From a virus (taxonomy: Duplodnaviria; Caudoviricetes), in the IMG/VR virus record IMGVR_UViG_3300031992_000089, positions 1,911 through 65,910 of that record: 64,000 nucleotides of DNA; one strand, 5' to 3'. Position 1 is the first letter of the stretch. Each line of letters starts with the position of its first letter. Of this stretch, positions 10,255 to 19,134 are shown piece after piece. Made by a program: the position numbers and the translations under genes. The notes under the pieces were generated by a model. That model saw only the letters and a list, made by a program, of their open reading frames with translations, did no database searches and was not told the DNA's origin.

Positions 10255-10570
10255 TTAACATGTTGACTAAAGTCTCAAAGAGATTCTGGTCAATAAGATA
10301 ATGTTGCTCGCCATCTCCAAAGTCTATTGCCAATGCAGAATATGACTTGTTCATAGCGAACGCCTCTTCTCTATTCTTATCTATCCATTCTCTCTTTATA
10401 CTGAAAGATTTCTTCAACTCGGTACAAGTCTTACACTCTATAAGCCAATCTTTAAGAGCGACATCGCCTTTACTGAATTTAGTAGCACCACTATTTGCTA
10501 TTCGCCTCCCCCCTAGTTGTTTTGCTACCTTATTCTCTTGTCTTTTAGAGTAGAATCGTGTCGGTCTCAT
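10247..10570 (-). CDS. PD-(D/E)xK nuclease, Holliday junction resolvase-like
   Basis: QENKVAKQLGG...SGA...GDVALKDWLIECK. Confidence 0.7.
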   Translation of the reverse strand: MRPTRFYSKRQENKVAKQLGGRRIANSGATKFSKGDVALKDWLIECKTCTELKKSFSIKREWIDKNREEAFAMNKSYSALAIDFGDGEQHYLIDQNLFETLVNMLNE

Positions 10571-10592
10571 GTATCTCTCACTTTCTATAAAC

Positions 10593-10621
10593 ATTATACA
10601 ACATATTTACTATAAAAGCAA
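10593..10621 (-). promoter_or_regulatory. sigmaA-type promoter
   Basis: TTGCTT-N17-TATAAT; shares TAAATRTGTTGTATAATGTTTA with the promoters at 24158 and 29929. Confidence 0.7.
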
Positions 10622-10652
10622 AGGGCGTAGAGTCATTCTACGCCCAAATACT

Positions 10653-11729
10653 TTACTCCTCATCGAACAGTGCGATAACCTTTGTGATATTGCCGTCTTC
10701 GATTTTAAGAATTTCAGACTTGCCGAAGAAAATCTCTACTGTATCTGCCAACACTGACTTGACCTGTGATGTGAACTTCTCAATGTCCACACAACAAGTA
10801 AACTCATCGGTAGCAATACTCTCTCGATACTCAATGACCTCTACACCATCAGTCTGTTTAGAGGCAATTTGCATCTCGCTATTACGGAATGTAATATAGA
10901 TGCCATTCTCATCCATCTTTGTCACAAACAGAGACAGTCTATCCAGTACACCTAACAGTGTGGCTTTATCTACGATACAGGATGCATTTGTATCAAGTTG
11001 AACAACCTTTTTAATAGCATCGACCTGGAAGTCATCAAGATATGGCATTAACTGACTGAATACAGTGCAACGGTCTGACTTGAACATGATATACTTATCA
11101 TTCTTTGTCACTTCGATTTCCTCGCCGGACAGCAACTCAATCATATCCATTGTTGTGGCAGTAACAAGAACTGGCTTATCAAAAACTTTAGTATTTACAA
11201 TACACACCTTGAAAGAGTCTGTTGTAATAGCCTCTTCCCCAAGATAATAACCAGTGTAGCATCCATGATAACCTTTAGTAGTGTCAAGTGATGCTCCGGC
11301 AGTAGCGTGAATCATCTTTAATGTGGATAAACTCATCTTCACTGTATCACCGTCAGTAAGTTTGCTACGAACATCGGGGAACTTAACCAGTTCACCTTCA
11401 CCATCATACGGAAGTTCCAAGGTGTAGTTGCCGTTGCCTTTGATTTCCAAAGTGCCATTAACAACTTTCATCTCAACATCTTCGCTGGTAATCTTTGAGA
11501 TGAGTTTTGAAAAAATAGCAACATCCACAACAACATAGAAATCGTCTCCAGTACAGTCCTCTGTCAAATACAGATAGGTATTCTCATCCGTCGTAGTTAC
11601 AGTAAGTTTACCTTCTTTCAGTTCAAGTGCAAGCATGCCAGTAAGCGGAATATCTCCTACACAGGATGCACATTTCATAGCTTTACTGACCATGTCTTGC
11701 AGTTTTTTGGTGTTTACTTTTAGTCTCAT
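10653..11729 (-). CDS. dnaN: Sliding clamp (DNA Pol III beta-like)
   Basis: 358 aa; N-terminal MRLKVNTKKLQDMV, LELKEGKLTVTTTD, TTDSFKV and C-terminal domain pattern of beta clamps; clamp loader genes nearby. Confidence 0.8.
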   Translation of the reverse strand: MRLKVNTKKLQDMVSKAMKCASCVGDIPLTGMLALELKEGKLTVTTTDENTYLYLTEDCTGDDFYVVVDVAIFSKLISKITSEDVEMKVVNGTLEIKGNGNYTLELPYDGEGELVKFPDVRSKLTDGDTVKMSLSTLKMIHATAGASLDTTKGYHGCYTGYYLGEEAITTDSFKVCIVNTKVFDKPVLVTATTMDMIELLSGEEIEVTKNDKYIMFKSDRCTVFSQLMPYLDDFQVDAIKKVVQLDTNASCIVDKATLLGVLDRLSLFVTKMDENGIYITFRNSEMQIASKQTDGVEVIEYRESIATDEFTCCVDIEKFTSQVKSVLADTVEIFFGKSEILKIEDGNITKVIALFDEE

Positions 11730-12244
11730 ACATCAATCTCCTTCTTACCATAGCCTTTGACAAACTCACCTGTACGGAACTTAACAGACTCCGGGTCATA
11801 CACGTAAGCCTTAATGTCTTTGTCCATAGCCACAACTTTGGCGGTAGCAATATCAAGAACATAGATGACACTCTCATCGACCGAGGTCTCATCAATTACA
11901 TCAGACGTATCAATGACCATGTAAATCTTTCTGAACTCATCGTCCACAAGTCTGAACACATCTGTCGGCTCAAGTCTATCACCAGAAATGATGGCTCTGT
12001 CATAACTATCGCTTCTTTCAAGGTAAATCTTCTGTTCTTTTGTTTCTTTTATTTCAGGTGTCTTTTCTTTCATGGTGTTCCTCCCTAATAAAATCTTGTC
12101 CCAGTCAATTCTGGGCATAACATCATACTTCTCTATAAAACCGGTACAATCGACTACTGGTGTGGTATCAGTATAATAATGCACCTCTGGTAAACCGCTC
12201 GTTGACCACGATGAGTAAGGTATTTTGCTATCCTCTGGCCACAT
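11726..12244 (-). CDS. Hypothetical protein
   Basis: ORF with RBS, coupled to the clamp gene. Confidence 0.7.
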   Translation of the reverse strand: MWPEDSKIPYSSWSTSGLPEVHYYTDTTPVVDCTGFIEKYDVMPRIDWDKILLGRNTMKEKTPEIKETKEQKIYLERSDSYDRAIISGDRLEPTDVFRLVDDEFRKIYMVIDTSDVIDETSVDESVIYVLDIATAKVVAMDKDIKAYVYDPESVKFRTGEFVKGYGKKEIDV

Positions 12245-12275
12245 ATCTAACCTCCTTTCTTCTTACTATATAAAT

Positions 12276-12304
12276 ATTATACAACATAATCTGAAACACT
12301 ACAA
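12276..12304 (-). promoter_or_regulatory. sigmaA-type promoter
   Basis: TTGTAG-N17-TATAAT directly after the glycosyltransferase stop codon. Confidence 0.65.
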
Positions 12305-12308
12305 ACGG

Positions 12309-13160
12309 CTACGTTTTCTTATATCTGCCGCTTATAATCTTTGGAACTGACAACTCCCAATTTATTCGGTGATGCAATCTAGGATGACCTACGCCTACTG
12401 TATATATCTTAACACTGGATGGATTACAAATAACTGTAAAGAATGACTTGGTATATGTTCCAAGGGCTCTATACAACTCTGTCATTCCGCCAGATGTTTG
12501 CTGTGTTTGGGATTGGTCTAACGACATATTAGATATGGTAAAGAATAGATACCCTTTTGAGCCAAGATTAACGTATGTATTTACATCTTCATTGATACGT
12601 CCTATAAAGTCGAATCGTCTCTCTGTGGTACAGAAGAATGAGTTCATAGCCTTTCTCGCTATCTTATCCTTAAAGACTTTAGAAGTCGCACCACCTATAA
12701 AGTCTCCTGTTTGTGCTAATGCTACTGATAAGGCTCCGGTGAGTTCAAGAAAGTTAATCATCAAATCAACAATGGCATCGAACTCTCTAAGGTAAATAGA
12801 AGTAAACTCACCGTTTTCTAATCTACGCTGTCTAAAGTTAGTATAGTCATCGTCAAGTTCAAGAAAATATTTATAGCCTAGTTCTTCTGCAATATCGAAG
12901 CAGGCATTTCTAGCGTAAACAATGGCACGTCTGTCTGTTCCTCTATCTATGGTATCGAACTCCATAGACTTCTTTAACTTATCAAACATGACCACATTTT
13001 CTCTGCCGAACTTCTCATAATACTGGTCAGCGGTCTTATCTTCATTATCAATTACCAATATCACTCTATTGGTATTACCGGCACGCTTCAATGCGTCTAT
13101 GGTCTTAACTCTGTCAGGTCTTCCATGCGTAAGTATGAAAATAACAAAATCATTTCTCAC
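12309..13160 (-). CDS. GT-A fold glycosyltransferase (TAGT/GREB1-like family), copy 1
   Basis: FILTHGRPD, YARNAC, DxD motif LELDDDY, NED motif, ends ISGRYKK. Confidence 0.75.
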   Translation of the reverse strand: MRNDFVIFILTHGRPDRVKTIDALKRAGNTNRVILVIDNEDKTADQYYEKFGRENVVMFDKLKKSMEFDTIDRGTDRRAIVYARNACFDIAEELGYKYFLELDDDYTNFRQRRLENGEFTSIYLREFDAIVDLMINFLELTGALSVALAQTGDFIGGATSKVFKDKIARKAMNSFFCTTERRFDFIGRINEDVNTYVNLGSKGYLFFTISNMSLDQSQTQQTSGGMTELYRALGTYTKSFFTVICNPSSVKIYTVGVGHPRLHHRINWELSVPKIISGRYKKT

Positions 13161-13512
13161 GAATAACTCCTTTCACAAACCCTAATGCGTTAGCCGTATC
13201 TTTATCTAATACCACTAATGCGCTCTCTCGCATAAGGGCTTTCATTTCATCACTGGCATGAATATAATACCGCGCTATCTTTGTATAGTCAAACTTCATA
13301 AGTCTTGCACTGGTCAGCACTAAAAATGCCTTCTCTTTATCAGGTAAAGATGACGCCTGTATCTTATCCACCAGTTTATCATACTGCTCTGTATCAACTA
13401 AATCATATACAGAAGGTTTCAAACGTGGAATTGGCTCGAATTTAGATAATTCTTCTACATACTTGCCGTTCTCATCTACTAATGATTTGCCTACTGAAAA
13501 CGCTACGTTCAT
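13150..13512 (-). CDS. Glycosyltransferase partner protein, copy 1
   Basis: EKAFLVLTSARLMKFDYTKIARYY...SALVVLD; paralog of 14342-14749. Confidence 0.7.
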   Translation of the reverse strand: MNVAFSVGKSLVDENGKYVEELSKFEPIPRLKPSVYDLVDTEQYDKLVDKIQASSLPDKEKAFLVLTSARLMKFDYTKIARYYIHASDEMKALMRESALVVLDKDTANALGFVKGVIREK

Positions 13513-14345
13513 TTCTTGTATCTCCCACTCACTATTCTGTTGATGGCAGTTTCAGTATGTGTAATAGGCTTCCAGTGGTCTTTATAAAACCCCATATCAT
13601 TACAGTCTGGATGACTAACTACTGACATAAACGCCATCTTAAATCCGTCGAAAGTCTTATAAGTGTCCGTATTTCCACCAGCTACTTTTCCATTACCCGC
13701 ACCTACATCTATCTGCAAAGGAACATAAGTTAACCACACTTGACCCATACGATTATAATCAAGGTCGGTTATTAAGTCCTCAAACATATTCAGACGCCAA
13801 TCTACTTTATGCGCCCCATTACGTAGAAAACAGTTTACACTTATACGATATTTATTTGACCACTCCAACGCTTGTACGCCACATCTATACACGTTACATA
13901 CACCCGGCATTAAACACGCTAAATTAGCGTTCTCCACGTACTGAAAGCACTTCTCTATAATCTCATCGAAGATGCCGTGAAGATGAATAGTCTTTAACGA
14001 GCCGTCCACATCTTGCCTTAGCCGAAATTTATAGATGTCATCGTCCAGCATGATAAAATATTGATAGCCTAATCTTCGGGCAATATCTTCTATAGCATTT
14101 CTAGCAAACACAGCAAACTTCGGCACAGCCTCTGCTAACCCTACATCGGTGCGTTCAATATATAGGTTCTTGTTGAACACAATAATATTCTCCACACCAT
14201 AGTTATCTATATACTGCGGGATAGTAGGGTCTTGGTCATCTAAAACAAGATATATCTTGTGAGAAAAGCCTAGTTCTTTCAAAGTATTATAGGTTTTTTG
14301 ATTATCAGGTCTCCCATGTGTAAGAATGAAGGCAGCATAATTCAT
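13509..14345 (-). CDS. GT-A fold glycosyltransferase (TAGT/GREB1-like family), copy 2
   Basis: FILTHGRPD, FARNAI, IMLDDDI, FED motif, ends VSGRYKK. Confidence 0.75.
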   Translation of the reverse strand: MNYAAFILTHGRPDNQKTYNTLKELGFSHKIYLVLDDQDPTIPQYIDNYGVENIIVFNKNLYIERTDVGLAEAVPKFAVFARNAIEDIARRLGYQYFIMLDDDIYKFRLRQDVDGSLKTIHLHGIFDEIIEKCFQYVENANLACLMPGVCNVYRCGVQALEWSNKYRISVNCFLRNGAHKVDWRLNMFEDLITDLDYNRMGQVWLTYVPLQIDVGAGNGKVAGGNTDTYKTFDGFKMAFMSVVSHPDCNDMGFYKDHWKPITHTETAINRIVSGRYKK

Positions 14346-14749
14346 TTGTCTACCCTCACACCACTTCTGTCCATAATAGTCTGAATATCTTCTGTCAATG
14401 TGACGTAGCCGTTTCTAATCGCATCCTCAAAATCAATAAGAACTAATGCTGACTGTTCCATTAACTCCTGCATCTCTTTTTCGGAGTTGGCATAGTAATC
14501 TGCAATTAAGGCATACTTAAAAGCAATATGTCTAGTAGCGGCTAGAAGTAGGAAACGCTTCTCCTCTTCCGATACGTTAGACTCTTTAATGTTCTTGACC
14601 AATTGTCCATACTTTCTAGTATCTATGAGTGAATCCAAACTAGGCTTTACGACAGATGGTGTATATTGAGGTACTTTCTCACGCTTTGTATTTGTATATA
14701 GGTCGTCACTTCTGCTCTCTCTATCTTTAGGTTCAAATAATCCTTTCAT
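14342..14749 (-). CDS. Glycosyltransferase partner protein, copy 2
   Basis: EKRFLLLAATRHIAFKYALIADYY...SALVLIDFEDA; begins MKGLF. Confidence 0.7.
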   Translation of the reverse strand: MKGLFEPKDRESRSDDLYTNTKREKVPQYTPSVVKPSLDSLIDTRKYGQLVKNIKESNVSEEEKRFLLLAATRHIAFKYALIADYYANSEKEMQELMEQSALVLIDFEDAIRNGYVTLTEDIQTIMDRSGVRVDK

Positions 14750-14758
14750 TCTATCACC

Positions 14759-17005
14759 TCACAATTCTATTGAGTCTCCATACCACTCTTTTGAAACTTC
14801 TACGTCACAACTGAATGGCATTTTTAATATTCTTTCAGCCGCCTCACTCATAACTTCGGCTAATCTTCTCGCACATTCTTTTGCGTTCTTTTCCGGGCAC
14901 TCCCCAATAAGTTCATCATGCACAGGTATCAGTAAAACAAACCCCAGTTCTCTCAACTTCTCGTCTTTAGTTACTAATATCATAGCCAGTTTAGTTAAGT
15001 CTGCGGCACTACCTTGGATTCTAGCATTGACGATTTTGGTAAAGTCTTTCTCTTTAGTATGGTCTACAATCCACAAACCCTCTTTGTTTGCTTCTTCAAA
15101 TACGCCACGCTTATACTTTGTACGGCTTAATTTAGTAAGCCATCTGTGCTGAATATCCATCGGCACTTCTGTCGATACTTCTGAATCAAATGCAAGTGGG
15201 TCGTCGTCATGTGCTACCCCATCTTTCCACTTCACTTCATAGTCAGGCAACATCATAGAAGGCAGCCGTCTCTTACGACCACATACTGTTGTTACATAGC
15301 CTAAGTTTTCTGCCATCTCGATACTTGCCTGTTCAAATATCTTAATCTCTGGGTACTTCTTATACAGATTAGCCTTTAAACGCTTCGCTTCTTCTAATGT
15401 AATGCCCATACCTTCAGCAACACTATCATCTCCACGGCCATACAAGATTCCGAGCAATACAGGCTTTGCTAAATTACGGCGCTTCTTATACTCTGGTGGA
15501 TTCTTGTGTCCATCTTTGTCAAACTCACAACACTGTTCATACGGCACATTAAAACAAGCACTAGCAACGTGACTGTAAATATCATCACCCGATTTTCTTG
15601 CTTCATATAATGTCGGATAGCCCATCTCATTACAGAATGCCGCAAGACAGGATGGTTCTTGCTGTGAATAGTCACTTGATAACAGTACATATCCTTCACT
15701 AGCCGTAAACATCTTACGAATCTCATTGTGAGGTATATTTTGCATATTAGGCTTATCACTACTGAATCTACCTGTATCTGCTCCGCACTGATTAAACCTA
15801 CAATGAATACGACCGTCGTTTGGATTTACTACTTCGGGTAACTTATCAATGAACGTACTGACCATAGTAGAAAATTCTCGATAGTCTAGAATCGCATCTA
15901 CTACTGGATGTTTTGGCTCAATAGACATTAACGATTTCTTATCTGTACTTCTTGTAGGTTGCCCTCTATTATCCGTAGCGACTAAACCTAACTGGTCATA
16001 CAACGCTGTCTGTAACTGCTGAACTGAACCTATGTTAATGTCAGCAGATAGACCGTATTCTACACAGACAGTATGAAATGCCTTTTCACGCTCATCGAGT
16101 ATAGTATGATACTTATCTTTCAATTTCTGGTTAAACTCAAAATCAAATTTCACACCAGCATCTTCCATGTCAACTACAACATCAACACACGGCATCTCTA
16201 GATTAAAAAATACCCATGCAACACCGTTCATTCCGTTACGGTCAGACAACTCACAAGATGCATCATAATACAGATACTTCTTCTGAAACTGGTACAGTTC
16301 TAATGTAATCTTCGCATCGTTAGCCGCATACACATACGCCACACTTAACGGCACAAGATTAAAACATATACCATCGAATAAATCACTGAACTTATATGCC
16401 TCTTTTGTAGGGTCACCACAGTATTTATGATGAAGTTTCTTCAAGGCATTAGATTCTTCATTCTCATTCATAAGACGGGCAGCTAAAAAACAGTCCCAAT
16501 TACAATGAAGTCGAACACCTACTTGGTTCTTTATTACCCTAATATCAAATGTCGCATTGAACATGACAATATAAATATTATTCAGTCTTGCCAATTCCTC
16601 ACGAGCAACATCCATAGGCATCTGACCACTTAATGGTGTCTGATACACATAAGATATGTGCTTCAAAGGCACATATATAGTCTTATGACCTGTAGTTGAC
16701 AGAGAGAAGCCTACAATATCATCTACCAACGGATTAAGTCCTGTCGTCTCTGTATCGATAGCAACCACACCCTCGATTATACAAGCATCAATATAATCGT
16801 GAAGTGCTTCTGGTTCAGTTACACTTTCATACTCATTCACTACATCGCCCAGACTTGTAAGCATCGACCTTGCTCGGGCTATTGTATCAAGTAATCCCCC
16901 GCCCGACTTTTTCGGTGCGGAGGACTTCTTGGTACTTTTCTTTGCTAAGGTCATATCTGAATCTTTACCAGGTCTGGCTGGGATTTCAAATAAACCTTTA
17001 GCCAT
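14759..17005 (-). CDS. polA: Family A DNA polymerase with 3'-5' exonuclease, no 5'-3' exonuclease domain
   Basis: Exo I AIDTETTG; GRFSSDKPNMQNIP; motif A SDYSQQE; motif B RNLAKPVLLGILYG; motif C VHDEL. Confidence 0.95.
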   Translation of the reverse strand: MAKGLFEIPARPGKDSDMTLAKKSTKKSSAPKKSGGGLLDTIARARSMLTSLGDVVNEYESVTEPEALHDYIDACIIEGVVAIDTETTGLNPLVDDIVGFSLSTTGHKTIYVPLKHISYVYQTPLSGQMPMDVAREELARLNNIYIVMFNATFDIRVIKNQVGVRLHCNWDCFLAARLMNENEESNALKKLHHKYCGDPTKEAYKFSDLFDGICFNLVPLSVAYVYAANDAKITLELYQFQKKYLYYDASCELSDRNGMNGVAWVFFNLEMPCVDVVVDMEDAGVKFDFEFNQKLKDKYHTILDEREKAFHTVCVEYGLSADINIGSVQQLQTALYDQLGLVATDNRGQPTRSTDKKSLMSIEPKHPVVDAILDYREFSTMVSTFIDKLPEVVNPNDGRIHCRFNQCGADTGRFSSDKPNMQNIPHNEIRKMFTASEGYVLLSSDYSQQEPSCLAAFCNEMGYPTLYEARKSGDDIYSHVASACFNVPYEQCCEFDKDGHKNPPEYKKRRNLAKPVLLGILYGRGDDSVAEGMGITLEEAKRLKANLYKKYPEIKIFEQASIEMAENLGYVTTVCGRKRRLPSMMLPDYEVKWKDGVAHDDDPLAFDSEVSTEVPMDIQHRWLTKLSRTKYKRGVFEEANKEGLWIVDHTKEKDFTKIVNARIQGSAADLTKLAMILVTKDEKLRELGFVLLIPVHDELIGECPEKNAKECARRLAEVMSEAAERILKMPFSCDVEVSKEWYGDSIEL

Positions 17006-17649
17006 TAGAACCGATCCACTCCCCCATCTCTTCTACTCGGTGTTCTTCTAGGGAACTCTTCTTCGGTAGCCTTCTCACCTACTTCGGGAAATCTACCCTT
17101 TTCTACATAGTACGCCATCTCTTCGGCGCTCTTGTCGAGAATAATCGTGCCGAGAACATCAGGTACTTCCGGCAAATCTTCAAGAGTAGTGTCGTCCTTC
17201 TTAATCTCGTACTCTTTATAAGTCGTAGTAGTGTCTCTCGGCTTGCCGTTACGCTCGATTTCAAAGACGTGAGAACAGAGAGGTGTATCAGCACTAGAAT
17301 ATCTAGAACATATAGAAGAAAGTGTGCCGAGATACTTCTTACCACGCTCCCAAATCTTAACCTCTTTCTCATCAACGTCATACAAAGGCACAAATACTTT
17401 CGCAATTTGTGTTTTGTTAGCCGCACAGAGAGGACATACATTCTTCGGGTCTGTATATTCTCTGATGCAGTTTACATAGCGTCTCTTGCCATCTACTTCT
17501 ACTTCATGCACAGCGTAGCCGAATACATCTTGCATATCGTTATACATGAATCTCACCCTTGCGGTGTCTTTGTCATTCTTCAACTGAAAGAATGAACTTC
17601 TGCCGTTTGTCCCATAATTTTCTGCGTTACTTTCTGTAAATCTTGCCAT
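17005..17649 (-). CDS. Single-stranded DNA-binding protein (gp32-like)
   Basis: FFQLKNDKDTARVRF, C...CPLC Zn site, LYDVDEKEVKIWERG, charged C-terminal tail; directly upstream of polA. Confidence 0.7.
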   Translation of the reverse strand: MARFTESNAENYGTNGRSSFFQLKNDKDTARVRFMYNDMQDVFGYAVHEVEVDGKRRYVNCIREYTDPKNVCPLCAANKTQIAKVFVPLYDVDEKEVKIWERGKKYLGTLSSICSRYSSADTPLCSHVFEIERNGKPRDTTTTYKEYEIKKDDTTLEDLPEVPDVLGTIILDKSAEEMAYYVEKGRFPEVGEKATEEEFPRRTPSRRDGGVDRF

Positions 17650-17670
17650 TTCGTTTTCTCCTTTTGTCGT

Positions 17671-18012
17671 TTAGTCGGTTACTTTATAGCCATACAGATT
17701 CAAATCTGTGCAGGCATCTTTGATAATCTCGAACACATCACTAATGGTGCAAGTCTCAAGGTCAAAATACACTGACAGAAAACCTTTTCCGTCAAAATGA
17801 ATCTGACCTACTCGGTACTCATTAGGAAAATTCGAGTAAGTAAAAATGTCAGGTAACATAGCAACTTTGATACTGCGTTCCAAAGGCTTTGCCGCGAATA
17901 CTAACAGGTCATCTATAATAAGATGTACCTCATTGTCAGTAAGTTCAAGTTTGGCATCACGCTTCTTCGCAATTTCTGCTACGACCTGACGTACTTTGTC
18001 ATCAACTTCCAT
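17671..18012 (-). CDS. Hypothetical protein
   Basis: ORF with RBS behind a promoter. Confidence 0.65.
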   Translation of the reverse strand: MEVDDKVRQVVAEIAKKRDAKLELTDNEVHLIIDDLLVFAAKPLERSIKVAMLPDIFTYSNFPNEYRVGQIHFDGKGFLSVYFDLETCTISDVFEIIKDACTDLNLYGYKVTD

Positions 18013-18059
18013 GTTATCAGTCCTCCTTGTAAAATCTGTATTATCTCTAATACGAATAT

Positions 18060-18088
18060 ATTATAACACGAATCGAAAACCCGCACAA
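18060..18088 (-). promoter_or_regulatory. sigmaA-type promoter for the SSB-polA-glycosyltransferase operon
   Basis: TTGTGC-N17-TATAAT. Confidence 0.7.
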
Positions 18089-18092
18089 ACGG

Positions 18093-19118
18093 CTAGATTA
18101 AACCGATTTGTGCATCTAATTGGTCTTCGATACTGGCAAGCATAGCCTCATTGGCTTCATCGGAAAGGTACTCATATACTTTAGCCGCGCCTTGGAACTT
18201 TTCTAATACTTCACCTGTTTCGGTATCGATGATACTGTACCATGCGCCTGTCTTTACAATAATACCTCTGTAAATAGCAAGGTCAATTAGGTCTCTCAAA
18301 TAATCCACACCATCTTCATACATAAGAGTATAGAAGCCTGTTCTTCTAGTAGGTGGACAACTCTTATTCTTGACCATACTCATCAGCACATAGTTTCCGG
18401 CCGGACTCTCTGCTTTCATGTTCAGTTCATTACCATCTGCATCGATATACTTACCCTTTGCAAACTCAAGGCGTACTGAACAGAAATGTTTCCAGCCTTT
18501 TCCACCAGGTGTTGTAGTTCCACCCCACGGACTATTCATATCTGCTCTAATCTGATTTATTCCGATACCTGTACAGTTATGAAGTCTCATTACCTTCTCT
18601 ATCTTCCTACTGAATACTGTAAGTGAGGCAGAAATGCCTGCGTATGTCTTTTCTGTAATGTCCTTATCAAGTTCCTGTTGCGAAGATAAAGCCGGAAGTG
18701 AATCAAGAACCCATAGACCTACTTCTCCACTCTCTACGGCTTCTTGAATAAATTGAAAAATCTCTTCGGCACTCTGAACAGTAGGGTTAACAATGATAAG
18801 GGCATCTACATCTACTCCCAACTTTGACGCCCACTTTGTATCTAATGTATTCTCGGCATCGATATAGAGTACCTTCTTTGCTCCTTCCATTTCTTGGTAG
18901 TTTGCAATAATATCTAATGCAGTAGTAGTTTTACCACTATGCTCTGCGCCTGAAAACTCAATGAGTTTACCGACTGGAAGTCCCCCGAAAGTACACCAAT
19001 TCATTCTAGGAGAAGTAAATGGTATTCTTGCACAGTTATAGTCGTGTAAACCTACGCTAACTATCTCCTCATTTGCCTGTTTATTCATCTTCTTAATTAC
19101 ATCATCTAGTTTACTCAT
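18093..19118 (-). CDS. recA: RecA-family recombinase
   Basis: GGLPVGKLIEFSGAEHSGKTT, YIDAENTLD, VLDSL, INQIR, PGGKGWKHFCSVRLE. Confidence 0.93.
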   Translation of the reverse strand: MSKLDDVIKKMNKQANEEIVSVGLHDYNCARIPFTSPRMNWCTFGGLPVGKLIEFSGAEHSGKTTTALDIIANYQEMEGAKKVLYIDAENTLDTKWASKLGVDVDALIIVNPTVQSAEEIFQFIQEAVESGEVGLWVLDSLPALSSQQELDKDITEKTYAGISASLTVFSRKIEKVMRLHNCTGIGINQIRADMNSPWGGTTTPGGKGWKHFCSVRLEFAKGKYIDADGNELNMKAESPAGNYVLMSMVKNKSCPPTRRTGFYTLMYEDGVDYLRDLIDLAIYRGIIVKTGAWYSIIDTETGEVLEKFQGAAKVYEYLSDEANEAMLASIEDQLDAQIGLI

Positions 19119-19134
19119 TCTTTATCACCTTCTT

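Noticed and set aside
14759-17005. Intein or intron in polA, terL, recA or the helicases
   Set aside because: Lengths are normal, motifs are contiguous, and no C...HN/LAGLIDADG signatures were seen
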